Notes: a model not told the origin generated them from the letters alone. A stretch of 64,000 nucleotides of DNA from an uncultured Chloroflexia bacterium (GCA_963713975.1 OY970218.1:384001-448000), one strand, 5' to 3'. Positions 9,468-19,395 are shown, numbered from the stretch's first letter. Numbers and translations are program-made.

Positions 9468-10711
9468 CAGCTGACCGATCCCGCGAGTTCCTCGATGAAG
9501 CCCGCGAACCTGCCCTGGACGGCCGCGAAGGCCTCCTGCGTGCGGACGCGCTCCTCCGGTGCTCTCAGGCGAGTGACCAGGGCTGCGATCTGCCCCGCGG
9601 CCAGGTCCGCCGTTGGAGCGATGACCCGGTCCGCGAGCCCCAGATCGCCGAGGATCCCGAGAACCTTGGGCTCGTACGCCAGGGCGGCAGCGGGCGTTCC
9701 CACCGCCGTGGCAAAGATCGCGGCGTGCATGCGCGACGTGATCAGCACATCGAGCGACGCGAACGAAAGCACGGATTCCTCGAGCGTGGATGGGGCCGGC
9801 GCGACGTCGGTCCGGCTCCGCTCACCCACGGTGAGCCGTCCGATCAGGCGGTCAACCGCGTGGATGTCGTCGTCGAGCGTCCCCGCCCGCACGTGCGGGA
9901 TGAACCGCAATCGGTCCTCGGTCGTGTCGAGGATCGAGCGGACCGCCGCGAGCGTGGCTTCCTCGGCCTGCTCCGGCGACCCCCATGCCGCATGTTCGGC
10001 ACGATAGCTTCGTGGCGACCACCCGATGACACCACCCGAGGATGGGCCAGCCGTCGGGGGGCGGCGCTCACTGGCTGCGCGCAGCGACGGTGCCCGCAGG
10101 GCGAGATCCGGAGCGAACCGTGCATCCAGACCCAGGTCGCGCAGGCGACCGGCACTCGCCTCGTCGCGACCGAAGACGACGGCTCCGCGAAGGCCCCAGC
10201 GCAACGTACGCGCAACGTTGCGAGAGCATGGGTTGACGGACACCGGGGCAACGATGGTCGGCTTCCCGGCCATCACCCCGGCCTGGATGTTGGCCACCTT
10301 GACCAGGTTGGCCCCGGCCTTCGCCCCCCCCAGGAAACCACCGCCTACGGAGACCACGAGATCGGCGTCGTGGTAGCTGGCCGTCGCCCGGTCGGCAGGC
10401 CATCCGACCCGGGCGCGAACGAGGCGGCCCATGACCCACGCCAGCGTAGACGGCTTGAACCGACGCAGCGCGGGAGGCACGTCGTAAAGGCTGGCGAGCG
10501 GCGGCACGATCTCATCGGCGTCCGCCATGATCCGCCCGCTCTGGCGCGTCGGCCAATCAACGGGCGCCATCGCCACGTGCCCGAAGCCGGCGAGCCTGAG
10601 GGCGTCGATCAATCCCTCGGCGATTGCGGTATCGCCCCAGTTGCCCAGCGTGTAGGCGTTGACGACCAGGGCTCGCAGCGGTCTCACCTCGGGCGAGCCT
10701 GCGCCCCTCAT
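9467..10711 (-). CDS. Polysaccharide pyruvyltransferase family protein (WcaK/CsaB-like)
   Basis: GNWGDTAI, VSVGGG, GRDEAS, APDLA, TSRMHAAIFA..GTP..LAYEPKV. Confidence 0.88.
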   Translation of the reverse strand: MRGAGSPEVRPLRALVVNAYTLGNWGDTAIAEGLIDALRLAGFGHVAMAPVDWPTRQSGRIMADADEIVPPLASLYDVPPALRRFKPSTLAWVMGRLVRARVGWPADRATASYHDADLVVSVGGGFLGGAKAGANLVKVANIQAGVMAGKPTIVAPVSVNPCSRNVARTLRWGLRGAVVFGRDEASAGRLRDLGLDARFAPDLALRAPSLRAASERRPPTAGPSSGGVIGWSPRSYRAEHAAWGSPEQAEEATLAAVRSILDTTEDRLRFIPHVRAGTLDDDIHAVDRLIGRLTVGERSRTDVAPAPSTLEESVLSFASLDVLITSRMHAAIFATAVGTPAAALAYEPKVLGILGDLGLADRVIAPTADLAAGQIAALVTRLRAPEERVRTQEAFAAVQGRFAGFIEELAGSVS

Positions 10712-12090
10712 CTGCCGGAGAGCATGGCGGGCACGGTCCTCACCATGATCTTGAAGTCCAGCCACAGCGACCAGCGGTCGATATAGATGAGATCGAGCTC
10801 CACCCACCGGTCGAACTCGGCCTCGAGTCGCGCGGAGACCTGCCACAGGCCGGTGATGCCGGGCTTCATCGACAGCCGCCGCCGGTGCCACAGGTCGTAG
10901 CCGGCGACCTCGCCCGGCAACGGCGGACGCGGGCCCACGATGCTCATGTCGCCACGCAGCACGTTCCAGAACTGCGGCATCTCGTCGAGACTCGTCCTCC
11001 GGAGCACGTGGCCGACGCGGGTGACGCGCGGGTCATCCGCGACCTTGAAAGCATGCCCGCTGATCTCGTTGCGGTCGGCGAGCGCCGCGAGGCGGCCCTC
11101 GGCGTCGGGCACCATGGTGCGGAACTTGACAACCGTGAATGCCCGCCCGTGCAGGCCGCTCCGCGCCTGGCGGAAGAACACCGGACCCCCGTCCTCCAGC
11201 TTGACCGCGACCGTCACGGCCGCCGCGATGGGCGCCAGCACCAGGAGGGCGAAGGATGAGAGACCGATGTCCAGCATCCGCTTGAGCAGGAGGCCGAGGA
11301 CGCGGTCCGGCCCGTTCGCGACCGTCAGGACCTGATCCCCGTGGAACGTCTCCACCCGGCCACCGGCGACCGGCACCCAACCCGACGAGAGGACGACGCG
11401 GAGGCGCTTGCCTTCCTGCGCACACAGCGACCCGATCGGGGCGAGATACGGCTCCTCGTCGGGGTCGAGAACGGCCAGGACCTCGTCGACCACCGTGGAA
11501 TGCAGGATCCGCTCGATGTCGGCGAGCGCGCCAAGCACGCTCGGGCAGGCCGCGGTCGGCTCCCCGAGATGGCCGACAAGCCCGTAGCCGAGCGAGGGGT
11601 TCAAGACGAGCCGCTGGGCTACAGTGACGGATCGCGCCGACGTTCCAAGGACCAGCAGGTTCCGGACCGCGACGCCTTGACGGTGACGCAGACCAAGCCG
11701 CAGGAGGCCCCGCTCCGTCAGGGAGAGCAGCACCTGGCTGGCGAACAGCACCAGCAGGAAGAGCCTGCTCACCTCGGGCGCATGAACCAGGAACAGAATG
11801 CTGAACACGGCGACGGCCGCCAGGAGCGCGGCTCGCACGATCGCCATGGCCTCGCCCCGCAACGTCCACCTGGCTCGGAGCTGGTCCAGGCTCAGGAGCC
11901 ACTCGCAGCAGATCCACAACAGGCCGTAGCCGATGGCCCAGGCCAACCATGGCGCGCCCGCAACAATCCACGCAGCCTGCCAGCCTGGGCCGAGTCGTAG
12001 CATCGATACGACCGCGAACAGGGCCACCGCCGCGATCCCGTCGGCCAGCAGCAGCGAGAACCGTGCCAGGCGGAGGTGGTGGCGAAGCAT
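10708..12090 (-). CDS. Priming undecaprenyl-phosphate sugar-phosphate transferase (WcaJ/CpsE family)
   Basis: N-terminal TMs, KRMLDI, KFRTM, DDPRVTRVG..LRRTSLDEMPQFWNVLRGDMSIVGPRP, KPGITGLWQV. Confidence 0.93.
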   Translation of the reverse strand: MLRHHLRLARFSLLLADGIAAVALFAVVSMLRLGPGWQAAWIVAGAPWLAWAIGYGLLWICCEWLLSLDQLRARWTLRGEAMAIVRAALLAAVAVFSILFLVHAPEVSRLFLLVLFASQVLLSLTERGLLRLGLRHRQGVAVRNLLVLGTSARSVTVAQRLVLNPSLGYGLVGHLGEPTAACPSVLGALADIERILHSTVVDEVLAVLDPDEEPYLAPIGSLCAQEGKRLRVVLSSGWVPVAGGRVETFHGDQVLTVANGPDRVLGLLLKRMLDIGLSSFALLVLAPIAAAVTVAVKLEDGGPVFFRQARSGLHGRAFTVVKFRTMVPDAEGRLAALADRNEISGHAFKVADDPRVTRVGHVLRRTSLDEMPQFWNVLRGDMSIVGPRPPLPGEVAGYDLWHRRRLSMKPGITGLWQVSARLEAEFDRWVELDLIYIDRWSLWLDFKIMVRTVPAMLSGR

Positions 12091-13454
12091 CAGCTGTCCG
12101 AGTAGCGGCTGTCGGCGCCGAAGAGCTTCTGCGACAGCTTCGCGAGCCGGTCCATGTGGAGCTGCAGCGTCCAGACGCCCCCGGTGGACGCGGTCGGTGG
12201 GTGGAACGTGATCGGATACGTGATCACCTGACGCTTGATGGCGTCAGGCCCGACCTCGCGGGCGAGCGTGATGAACTCGTCGAGCCGGTCCGTCGGGAGG
12301 TTCGTGCGCACGGTGTCGCCCGCGGCCCTGATGATGTCGGGCAACGTGGTGATCATCGTGGGTGATGCGAGCTTGTTGCGCAGGGCGACCAGCAGCTGCT
12401 GCTGGCGAGCAGCCCGGGTGAAGTCCGAATCCCCGGCACCCTGCCGCGAGCGCGCATACGCAAGCGCCTTCTTGCCGTTGAGCTTGACCTTGCCCGCCGG
12501 CAGGGTGAACCCGTGTGTCCCGTCGAGCCAGGCGTACCGCGGGTCGTTGATCGCCTTGGGGTTGTCCACGGTCACGCCGCCGACGGCGTCGACCATCTTC
12601 CGGAACCCCTCGAGGTCGATCGCGGCGAAGTAGTGGATCGGCACGCCGACGAGGAACCCGATCTCCTTCATCAGGGCGGGGAAGGGCTTGTCCTGGAACT
12701 GGTTCGGGTGGTTGCGAACCCAGGTCATGAAGGAGTTGAGCTTTCCCTTGAACGTGCCGCCGTCGTAGAGCGGGAAGTTCGAGATGTCCCTGGGCAGGCT
12801 GACCATGACGACCGACTTGTCGGCCGGGTTGACGCTCAGCACGATCATCGTGTCGGTCAGGGCGGTCGTCCGGGTCTCCGCCGAGTCAACGCCCGTGAGG
12901 AGGATGTTGACCCGGGACTGCGCCGTCTCGGGCGTCACCTCGGGCGCCACCTGGTAGTCGTCGGACTCGGTCGGGGTCGGCGCTCCCGGCTCGCTCGGGG
13001 CGCCGGTTCCGGCGGGTACCGGGGTGCCGTTGCCGTCGTCAGGTCCGGCAGCCACGAAGATCTTGCTGCCGGCGTCGTAGGTGGTGTACGCGACGTAGGC
13101 CGCGGCGCCGTGCATCCCGCCGGTGAGCAACAGCAACACCGCCGCCACGACGATCGCCGGTGCGCCGAGCCCCGAGTCCCGCCTGGCGATCAGGACCGCG
13201 TCGACCATCGCGACGATCCGCCAGCCGCCGGTCAGCAGGATCAGGACCAGGGCCGTCATGGACCCCGACGGCGTGATGAGGTTGCCGAGCGCGGCCTCGG
13301 GGCTGGACAGCAGCTCAAGGCCCACGGCCACGGCGACGAGCAGCGCGGGCAGCGCGAAGACCAGGGCCTGCCTGCGCCGGCCGAGGTAAAGGTGCCCGAG
13401 CCCCGGGAACACGAACGAAAGGATGGCGGCAATTGCCGCGGACTTGCTCTTCAT
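12090..13454 (-). CDS. LCP (LytR-CpsA-Psr) family phosphotransferase with N-terminal TM segments
   Basis: NILLTGVD, TDTMIV, SLPRD, VDAVGGV, ALAYARSR..SDFTRAARQQ. Confidence 0.92.
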   Translation of the reverse strand: MKSKSAAIAAILSFVFPGLGHLYLGRRRQALVFALPALLVAVAVGLELLSSPEAALGNLITPSGSMTALVLILLTGGWRIVAMVDAVLIARRDSGLGAPAIVVAAVLLLLTGGMHGAAAYVAYTTYDAGSKIFVAAGPDDGNGTPVPAGTGAPSEPGAPTPTESDDYQVAPEVTPETAQSRVNILLTGVDSAETRTTALTDTMIVLSVNPADKSVVMVSLPRDISNFPLYDGGTFKGKLNSFMTWVRNHPNQFQDKPFPALMKEIGFLVGVPIHYFAAIDLEGFRKMVDAVGGVTVDNPKAINDPRYAWLDGTHGFTLPAGKVKLNGKKALAYARSRQGAGDSDFTRAARQQQLLVALRNKLASPTMITTLPDIIRAAGDTVRTNLPTDRLDEFITLAREVGPDAIKRQVITYPITFHPPTASTGGVWTLQLHMDRLAKLSQKLFGADSRYSDS

Positions 13455-13661
13455 GACCCCCACGTGGTCTTGCCGGCCGGGCCGAGCCACCCGGTCGCTG
13501 GGCGAACGGTACGGCGTCCCGGCCGCACCCAACACCCCCCAAACGTACCCATCTGCCCGCGATGCCCCGACCCGCGGTCACATGGCCCCGGCGCAGGATA
13601 CCGGCAGTCCGGCTCTCCCGCATGGAGACGCTGGAGCGTCCCACCCGTTGCGGCGGGTGGC

Positions 13662-14246
13662 TCAGCTCCCGCCGGGGGTGTCCCGGAACGCCTCGGCCTC
13701 GGGTCGCGCCAGCCATTCCGCCAAGGTGCCCGCCGCCGCGTCCCTGGGGGCCAGCCGGCGCTCCGCCACCGCCGGCCACGGGATGCCCAGGGCCGGGTCG
13801 TCCCAGCGGATCACGGACTCGCAGCGCGAGTTGTAGATCGCCGTGCAGAAGTACTCGATCTCGGTGGCGTCCGCCAGGGAGCAGAAGCCGCGTGCAAACG
13901 AGGCCGGCGCCCAGAACAGGACGGGCTCGTCCTCGGATCCCTCCACGGTCACCGTCTGACCCAGCGTCGGCGAGCCGGGCCGGATGTCCACGGCCACCAT
14001 GAACGCCCGGCCACGCACCACGCGCATCAGCTTGGCCTGGGGTGGATCCCACTGGAAGTGCAGTCCCCGGACGACGCCCGCCCCGGACCGGGACTGGTTG
14101 ACCTGGACGAAGCTGTCGGGCAGTCCGAGCGCCGCGAACGCGTCCGCCCGGAGGACCTCGGCAAACCAGCCGCGCTCGTCGCCGAACAGTCGGGGCCGGA
14201 CGACCCTGACCTCCGGGATAGGGGTCTCCTCGACGGTGAACGGCAC
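13662..14246 (-). CDS. rfbC: dTDP-4-dehydrorhamnose 3,5-epimerase
   Basis: FGDERGWF, QVNQSRS..GVVRGLHFQ, QAKL, VDIRPGSPT, IRWDDP..IPWP. Confidence 0.92.
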   Translation of the reverse strand: MPFTVEETPIPEVRVVRPRLFGDERGWFAEVLRADAFAALGLPDSFVQVNQSRSGAGVVRGLHFQWDPPQAKLMRVVRGRAFMVAVDIRPGSPTLGQTVTVEGSEDEPVLFWAPASFARGFCSLADATEIEYFCTAIYNSRCESVIRWDDPALGIPWPAVAERRLAPRDAAAGTLAEWLARPEAEAFRDTPGGS

Positions 14247-14248
14247 CG

Positions 14249-14998
14249 CTACATCATCACCAGGCCGCCATCGACCGCGAGCACCTGTCCCGTGATGTAG
14301 CCCGCCTCATCCGAGGCCAGGAAGGCGACGGCGTTGGCGATGTCATCCACGGACCCGAAGTGCCCGAGCGGCGTGGCCTTCTTGAGCTGGTCCTGCAGCT
14401 CCGCCGGCAGGTCCTGCGTCAACTCGGTGACGATGAAACCCGGCGCCACGGCGTTGACGGTGATCCCCCGGGAGGCGACCTCCCTGGCGACGGCCTTGGT
14501 CAGGCCGATCAGGCCGGCCTTGGACGACGAGTAGTTCGCCTGGCCCGCCTGACCCGCCTGACCCGAGACGCTGGACATGTTGATGATCCGCCCGCCGCGA
14601 GCCCGCAGCATCGGGCGGAGGACGGCCTTGGTGCAGTAGAAGGCCCCGAACAGGTTGACCTCGAGGACCATCTTCCACTCGTCGATGCCCATCCGCATCG
14701 CGAGGTCGTCGCGCGTGATGCCGGCGTTGTTGACCAGGATGTCGACCTTGCCGTAGGCGTCGATGGCGGCCTGCACGAACGCCGCGCACGCCGCCGGGTC
14801 GGTCACGTCGCCGGGGAAGAAGATGGCCCGCCGGCCGAGCGCCTCGATGTCGGTCCGGGTCTGGGCGCCGACCTCCGGGCTGCCGCGATCCATGAACGCG
14901 ATGTCGGCGCCCTGCGTGGCAAGCTTGAGGCCGATGGCACGGCCGATGCCGCGCGAGCCGCCGGTGACGATGGCGACCTTGCCGGTGAGATCGAGCAT
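14249..14998 (-). CDS. fabG: 3-oxoacyl-ACP reductase
   Basis: TGGSRGIG, NNAGITRD, GQANYSSSKAG, VAPGFI, GQVLAVDGG; fab cluster context. Confidence 0.95.
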   Translation of the reverse strand: MLDLTGKVAIVTGGSRGIGRAIGLKLATQGADIAFMDRGSPEVGAQTRTDIEALGRRAIFFPGDVTDPAACAAFVQAAIDAYGKVDILVNNAGITRDDLAMRMGIDEWKMVLEVNLFGAFYCTKAVLRPMLRARGGRIINMSSVSGQAGQAGQANYSSSKAGLIGLTKAVAREVASRGITVNAVAPGFIVTELTQDLPAELQDQLKKATPLGHFGSVDDIANAVAFLASDEAGYITGQVLAVDGGLVMM

Positions 14999-15043
14999 GT
15001 GCGGTTCCTCCTCAGGGCTCGGGCCGGGCGTGCCGCCCGGGGG

Positions 15044-16240
15044 TCAGCGGACGGGGTGGCTCGCGGGCTCGGGGTCCCCGGGCACGACGTCGGAGAGATC
15101 CAGGTCAACGGGCAGCGGGCGGGCCAGGACCTCCAGGAGCGCGGGCGGGATCGGGTCCACCGAGTCCCAGTCCACCGGCAGCCGGACCGAGACGTCCTCG
15201 GCCCGGACGGCGGCATCGGCACCACGGCCGCGCGCCGGATCCGCGGTCCATTCCAGGGCCACGGCGCCGGAGGTGAACCCGGCCCCGAACGCCACGAACA
15301 CGATCTTGTCGCCGACCTTCACGCGGCCCTCGTTGACGGCCTCGGCCAGGGCCATGGGCACGGACGCGGCGGAGGTGTTGCCGTAGCGGTCCAGGTTGAC
15401 GTAGATCCTGTCCATCGAGAGCGACAGGCCCTTGGCCACCGCCTCGATGATCCGGATGTTCGCCTGGTGGGGCACGATCAGGTCGACGTCGTCCTGCGTC
15501 CAGCCCGCCTTGCCCACCGCGGCAAGGGCAGTGGAGGCCAGGGTCCGGGTGGCGAAGCGATAGGTCTCCTTGCCCTCCATGCGGATCTTGTGCTCGCCGC
15601 GGGCCACCGTCTCGGCCGACGGCGGGCTCTTGGAGCCGCCCGCGGGCAGCCAGATCATGTAGGCGCCCTGGGGCTCGGTCGTCAGCTCGATGCCGACCGG
15701 CGTCCCCTCCCCCTCGCCGGCGGAGAGCACGACGGCGCCGGCGCCATCCCCGAACAGGATGCAGGTGCCCCGGTCGGTGTAGTCCAGGAACCGGGTCAGG
15801 AGCTCCGCGCCGATGACCAGCGCGTGCTTGGCCATGCCGGCGGAGATGTAGGCACTCGCGGTCGCGTAGGCGTAGACGAAGCCGGAGCAGGCTGCCGCGA
15901 CATCAAAGGCCGGGGCGCGCGTGTTGCCGATGGCCTCCTTCACGAGCGCGGCCGTGGACGGCATCCAGTAGTCCGGTGACAGCGTCGCGAGGATGATGAG
16001 GTCGATGTCCTCGGGCACCAGGCCCGCGGTGTGGATGGCGCGCAGCGAGGCCACGGCGGCCATCGACGCGGTCGTCTCGTCGGCCGCGGCCACCCGCCGT
16101 TCACGGATGCCGGTGCGGGTCACGATCCACTCGTCGGAGGTGTCGACCATGCGCTCCAGGTCCGCGTTGGTCAGGACCTGGGCCGGGGCGTAGCGGCCCC
16201 ACCCGGTCAGGCGGACGGAGCGGGCGGCGGTGTCGGTCAT
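15044..16240 (-). CDS. fabH: 3-oxoacyl-ACP synthase III with C-terminal extension
   Basis: DTSDEWI..RTGIRERR, AACSGF, LFGDGAGA, PHQANIRI, YGNTSAAS, FGAGFT. Confidence 0.95.
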   Translation of the reverse strand: MTDTAARSVRLTGWGRYAPAQVLTNADLERMVDTSDEWIVTRTGIRERRVAAADETTASMAAVASLRAIHTAGLVPEDIDLIILATLSPDYWMPSTAALVKEAIGNTRAPAFDVAAACSGFVYAYATASAYISAGMAKHALVIGAELLTRFLDYTDRGTCILFGDGAGAVVLSAGEGEGTPVGIELTTEPQGAYMIWLPAGGSKSPPSAETVARGEHKIRMEGKETYRFATRTLASTALAAVGKAGWTQDDVDLIVPHQANIRIIEAVAKGLSLSMDRIYVNLDRYGNTSAASVPMALAEAVNEGRVKVGDKIVFVAFGAGFTSGAVALEWTADPARGRGADAAVRAEDVSVRLPVDWDSVDPIPPALLEVLARPLPVDLDLSDVVPGDPEPASHPVR

Positions 16241-16884
16241 GACGGCTCCACCTCGATCAGCGCCTGCTTGGCCTTGACCAGCATGCCGCTGTCCGCGCAC
16301 ACGCGGGTGACGCGACCGCCGAGGTCGCTCTTGATCTCGTTGAACAGCTTCATCGCCTCGATCAGGCCGATGATCTGCCCGACCGCCACGTGGTCGCCGA
16401 CCGAGACATAGGCCGTGGCGCCGGGCGACGGAGCGCTGTAGAAGATGCCGGTCAAGGGTGCCTTGACGGAAGGCTTCGCAGCCGGAGCGGCGCCCGGCAC
16501 GGCGGCGCCCGTGGGAGAGGCATCGGTCGGGATCGGGGCGGGCGCGCCGTCCGACGCGACCGGACCCGGCTCCACGGCGACCGGGATCGAGGCCGGTCGC
16601 TCGATGGCGGCAGGCGAGCGGAGGATGATCGTGGTACCGCCCGTCGCGACCTCCAGCTCGCCGAGATCGCTCCTCTCGAGCAGCGCTGTCAGGCGGTCCA
16701 CCAGCGCCAGCAGCGACAGGTCCGCGTCGTCGGGCAGCGCACCGGACGCCGGGTCTCCCGGGCCGACGGCCACGGGCTCCACGAGATGCGGTGTCTCCAC
16801 GAGATCGGCTGCCTCCACGATGCCGGGCTCCGTCATCGGCGGGTCCTCCGCTGGCTGCTGGGGCTCCGTTCCATCCGCGTTCAT
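16237..16884 (-). CDS. accB: Acetyl-CoA carboxylase biotin carboxyl carrier protein (biotinylatable copy)
   Basis: APLTGIFYSAPSPG thumb loop and IEAMKLFNEI biotin-lysine motif. Confidence 0.92.
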   Translation of the reverse strand: MNADGTEPQQPAEDPPMTEPGIVEAADLVETPHLVEPVAVGPGDPASGALPDDADLSLLALVDRLTALLERSDLGELEVATGGTTIILRSPAAIERPASIPVAVEPGPVASDGAPAPIPTDASPTGAAVPGAAPAAKPSVKAPLTGIFYSAPSPGATAYVSVGDHVAVGQIIGLIEAMKLFNEIKSDLGGRVTRVCADSGMLVKAKQALIEVEPS

Positions 16885-18152
16885 CCGTCCCACCGCCGGA
16901 ACACGAGCGCCGTGTTCTGGCCGCCGAACCCGAACGAGTTGGACATCGCCACCCGCAGCGGCCGCCTGGTGGGGATACCTGGCGTCAGGTCGAGCCCGGC
17001 CGCCAGGGGATCCGGGTCCTCGAGATTCAGGGTCGGCGGTACGCACCCGTCGCGCAGGGCACTGATCGTGGCGATGGCCTCGATCGCGCCGGCGGCACCG
17101 AGCGTGTGCCCGATCATGGACTTGTTGGCCGTGACCGAGACCTTTGGCGCATGGTCGCCGAAGATGGTGCGGAGCGCCTGGAGCTCGGCCTTGTCGCCCT
17201 CCGGCGTGGACGTCGCGTGGGCGTTGACGTGGTCCACCTCGGCCGGGTCGATGGCCGCCTTCTCGAGCGCTCGGCGGGCCGCCCGAACGGCGCCGATCCC
17301 GCCCGGGGCCGGCAGCGTGATGTGCGACGCATCGGCCGTGGCCCCGTAGCCCACGAGCTCCGCCAGGGGCGCCGCGCCGCGGGCCTCCGCGTGCTCGAGC
17401 GCCTCCAGGATGAGCGCCCCGCCGCCCTCGCCCACCACGAACCCGTCGCGGCCCGTGTCGAACGGGCGCGAGGCTCGCTCGGGCTCGTCGTTGCGCGTGG
17501 AGAGGGCCTTCATCGACGCGAAGCCGCCCACGGTCGCCTCGTGGATGCTGGCCTCAACGCCGCCCGCGATCATGATGTCGGCATCGCCGCGCCGGATCGT
17601 CTCCCAGGCCTCACCAAGCGCATGCCCACCCGTCGCGCACGCGGAGACCGTGGCGAAGTTGGGGCCGAGCGCACCGCATGCGATGGCGATCTGGCCGGCT
17701 GCGACGTTGGCGATGCCCATGGGGATGAAGAACGGCGAGATCCGGTCCGGACCCCGCTCCCCCATCAGCAGCACGTTGTCGAACAGGGTGGCCACGCCAC
17801 CCAGTCCCGAGCCCATGATCACGCCGGTCCGGGCGGCGATCTCGTCGTCCAGGCGGCCGGGTAGGCCGGACTCGTCCAGGGCCTGGCGCGCGCACACCAG
17901 CGCGAACTGGATGTAGCGGTCCGTGCGCCGCATCTCCTTGCGATCCAGGATGCCCGACGGGTCGAAGTCCTTGACCTCGGCCGCCACGCGACTCGCGACA
18001 CGCGACGGATCGAAGCGGGTGATCGTCGCGATGCCGGAGCGACCTTCCACCAGGCCTGCCCACGTCGTCGCAACGTCCTGGCCGAGCGCCGTGACGGCGC
18101 CCATGCCGGTGACAACGACGCGGCGCGGGTGATCCGGCCAGCTCCACCTCAT
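16881..18152 (-). CDS. fabF: 3-oxoacyl-ACP synthase II
   Basis: RRVVVTGMG, SACATG, ASRPFD..RDGFV.GEG, NAHATST, KSMIGHTLGAAG, NSFGFGGQN. Confidence 0.96.
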   Translation of the reverse strand: MRWSWPDHPRRVVVTGMGAVTALGQDVATTWAGLVEGRSGIATITRFDPSRVASRVAAEVKDFDPSGILDRKEMRRTDRYIQFALVCARQALDESGLPGRLDDEIAARTGVIMGSGLGGVATLFDNVLLMGERGPDRISPFFIPMGIANVAAGQIAIACGALGPNFATVSACATGGHALGEAWETIRRGDADIMIAGGVEASIHEATVGGFASMKALSTRNDEPERASRPFDTGRDGFVVGEGGGALILEALEHAEARGAAPLAELVGYGATADASHITLPAPGGIGAVRAARRALEKAAIDPAEVDHVNAHATSTPEGDKAELQALRTIFGDHAPKVSVTANKSMIGHTLGAAGAIEAIATISALRDGCVPPTLNLEDPDPLAAGLDLTPGIPTRRPLRVAMSNSFGFGGQNTALVFRRWDG

Positions 18153-18892
18153 CGGACGAGCTTCCCCGTGCGCACCGTCGCCGCCCGGTAGACGTCGCCC
18201 GGCAGTCCTCGCTCGGAGATGGCGTTGGCGACGCCCAGGACATCGAACTCGGTACGGCGGATCTCGGCGGTCACGACCCCGTCATCGATGGAAACCATCG
18301 CCCACGACGCGGTTGGGTCCCCATCGAACACGTAGCCCGCGGACCCGGCATTGACGATGACCTTCCAGCCCAGGTCCCGCACCTCGGGGACGTGGGTGTG
18401 GCCGACGCAGATCACCCGGGCATCGGTCGCGGCCGCGCGCTCGAAGATGATGTTGGCGTCGAGCGCCTGGTCGAACCCCCGGGTCTGCGATCCCGGCGAG
18501 GCATGCACGACCAGAACCAGCGTGTCGTCCGGGGTCCGCAGCCGGCGCTCAGCCGGCAGGCGTCGCAGCCAGTCCAGCTGCTCGTCCCCAAGCTCATCGT
18601 GCGCCCACTCGGTCGCGACGCTCACCATCTCCGGGACACCATCCTGGTACTGGGGGAACGCCGACCCGTAGTCGAAGTCCCCGACGGCGATGTCCGTGTT
18701 CCCCGAGACGATCAGCCCGCCCTCGGACTCCAGCACCCGCAGGGCGTCGATGGAGCCGTTGGGATCGGGGCCGTTGAGCACGAGGTCACCGGCCACCAGC
18801 ACCGCATCCGGACGCTCACGGCGGATCTCGGCCAGCACCGCCTCGAGGGCGACCCGGTTGCCGTGGATGTCCGACAGGAGGGCGATCCGCAT
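18149..18892 (-). CDS. Metallophosphoesterase (YfcE/calcineurin-like)
   Basis: SDIHGN, GDLV, GNTD, HASP, GHTH, NAGSAG. Confidence 0.88.
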   Translation of the reverse strand: MRIALLSDIHGNRVALEAVLAEIRRERPDAVLVAGDLVLNGPDPNGSIDALRVLESEGGLIVSGNTDIAVGDFDYGSAFPQYQDGVPEMVSVATEWAHDELGDEQLDWLRRLPAERRLRTPDDTLVLVVHASPGSQTRGFDQALDANIIFERAAATDARVICVGHTHVPEVRDLGWKVIVNAGSAGYVFDGDPTASWAMVSIDDGVVTAEIRRTEFDVLGVANAISERGLPGDVYRAATVRTGKLVR

Positions 18893-19395
18893 CACCCGAG
18901 CACCCCGGCGGGCGGGATCACGAACGACAGCAGGCCCTCACAGGCCACCTCCCCGTTCACCGACGCCACGCCCCGACCCTTGCCGAAGCGGCTGCCCAGC
19001 TTCTCCATCGTGATCTCCAGGCGCAGGGTGTCACCCGGCATCACGACGCGCTTGAAGCGGACCTCGTCGATGCCCGCGAACAGCCCCATCCGGTTCCCGA
19101 AGCCCGGCTGGCAGGCGACGTAGCAGGCCATCGTCTGGGCGAGCGCCTCGACCTGGATGACGCCGGGCATGACCGGCAGGCCCGGGAAGTGGCCCTGGAA
19201 GAACCACTCGGTGGCGGTCACGGCCTTGATGCCCACGATCCGCTTCTCGGCGGGCTCGTACTCGACGATCCGGTCGACGAGCAGGAACGGCCAGCGGTGC
19301 GGGATCAGGCCCTCGATGACCTTGACCGAGAAGGGTGCCGCGGGCGATGGGATCGCGTCGGGCGTGACGTCGGGGGTGAGGTTGGCGTCGCTCAT
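18892..19395 (-). CDS. fabZ: 3-hydroxyacyl-ACP dehydratase
   Basis: PHRWPFLLVDR, FFQGHFPGLPVMPGVIQVEALAQ, FKRVVMPGD. Confidence 0.95.
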   Translation of the reverse strand: MSDANLTPDVTPDAIPSPAAPFSVKVIEGLIPHRWPFLLVDRIVEYEPAEKRIVGIKAVTATEWFFQGHFPGLPVMPGVIQVEALAQTMACYVACQPGFGNRMGLFAGIDEVRFKRVVMPGDTLRLEITMEKLGSRFGKGRGVASVNGEVACEGLLSFVIPPAGVLG

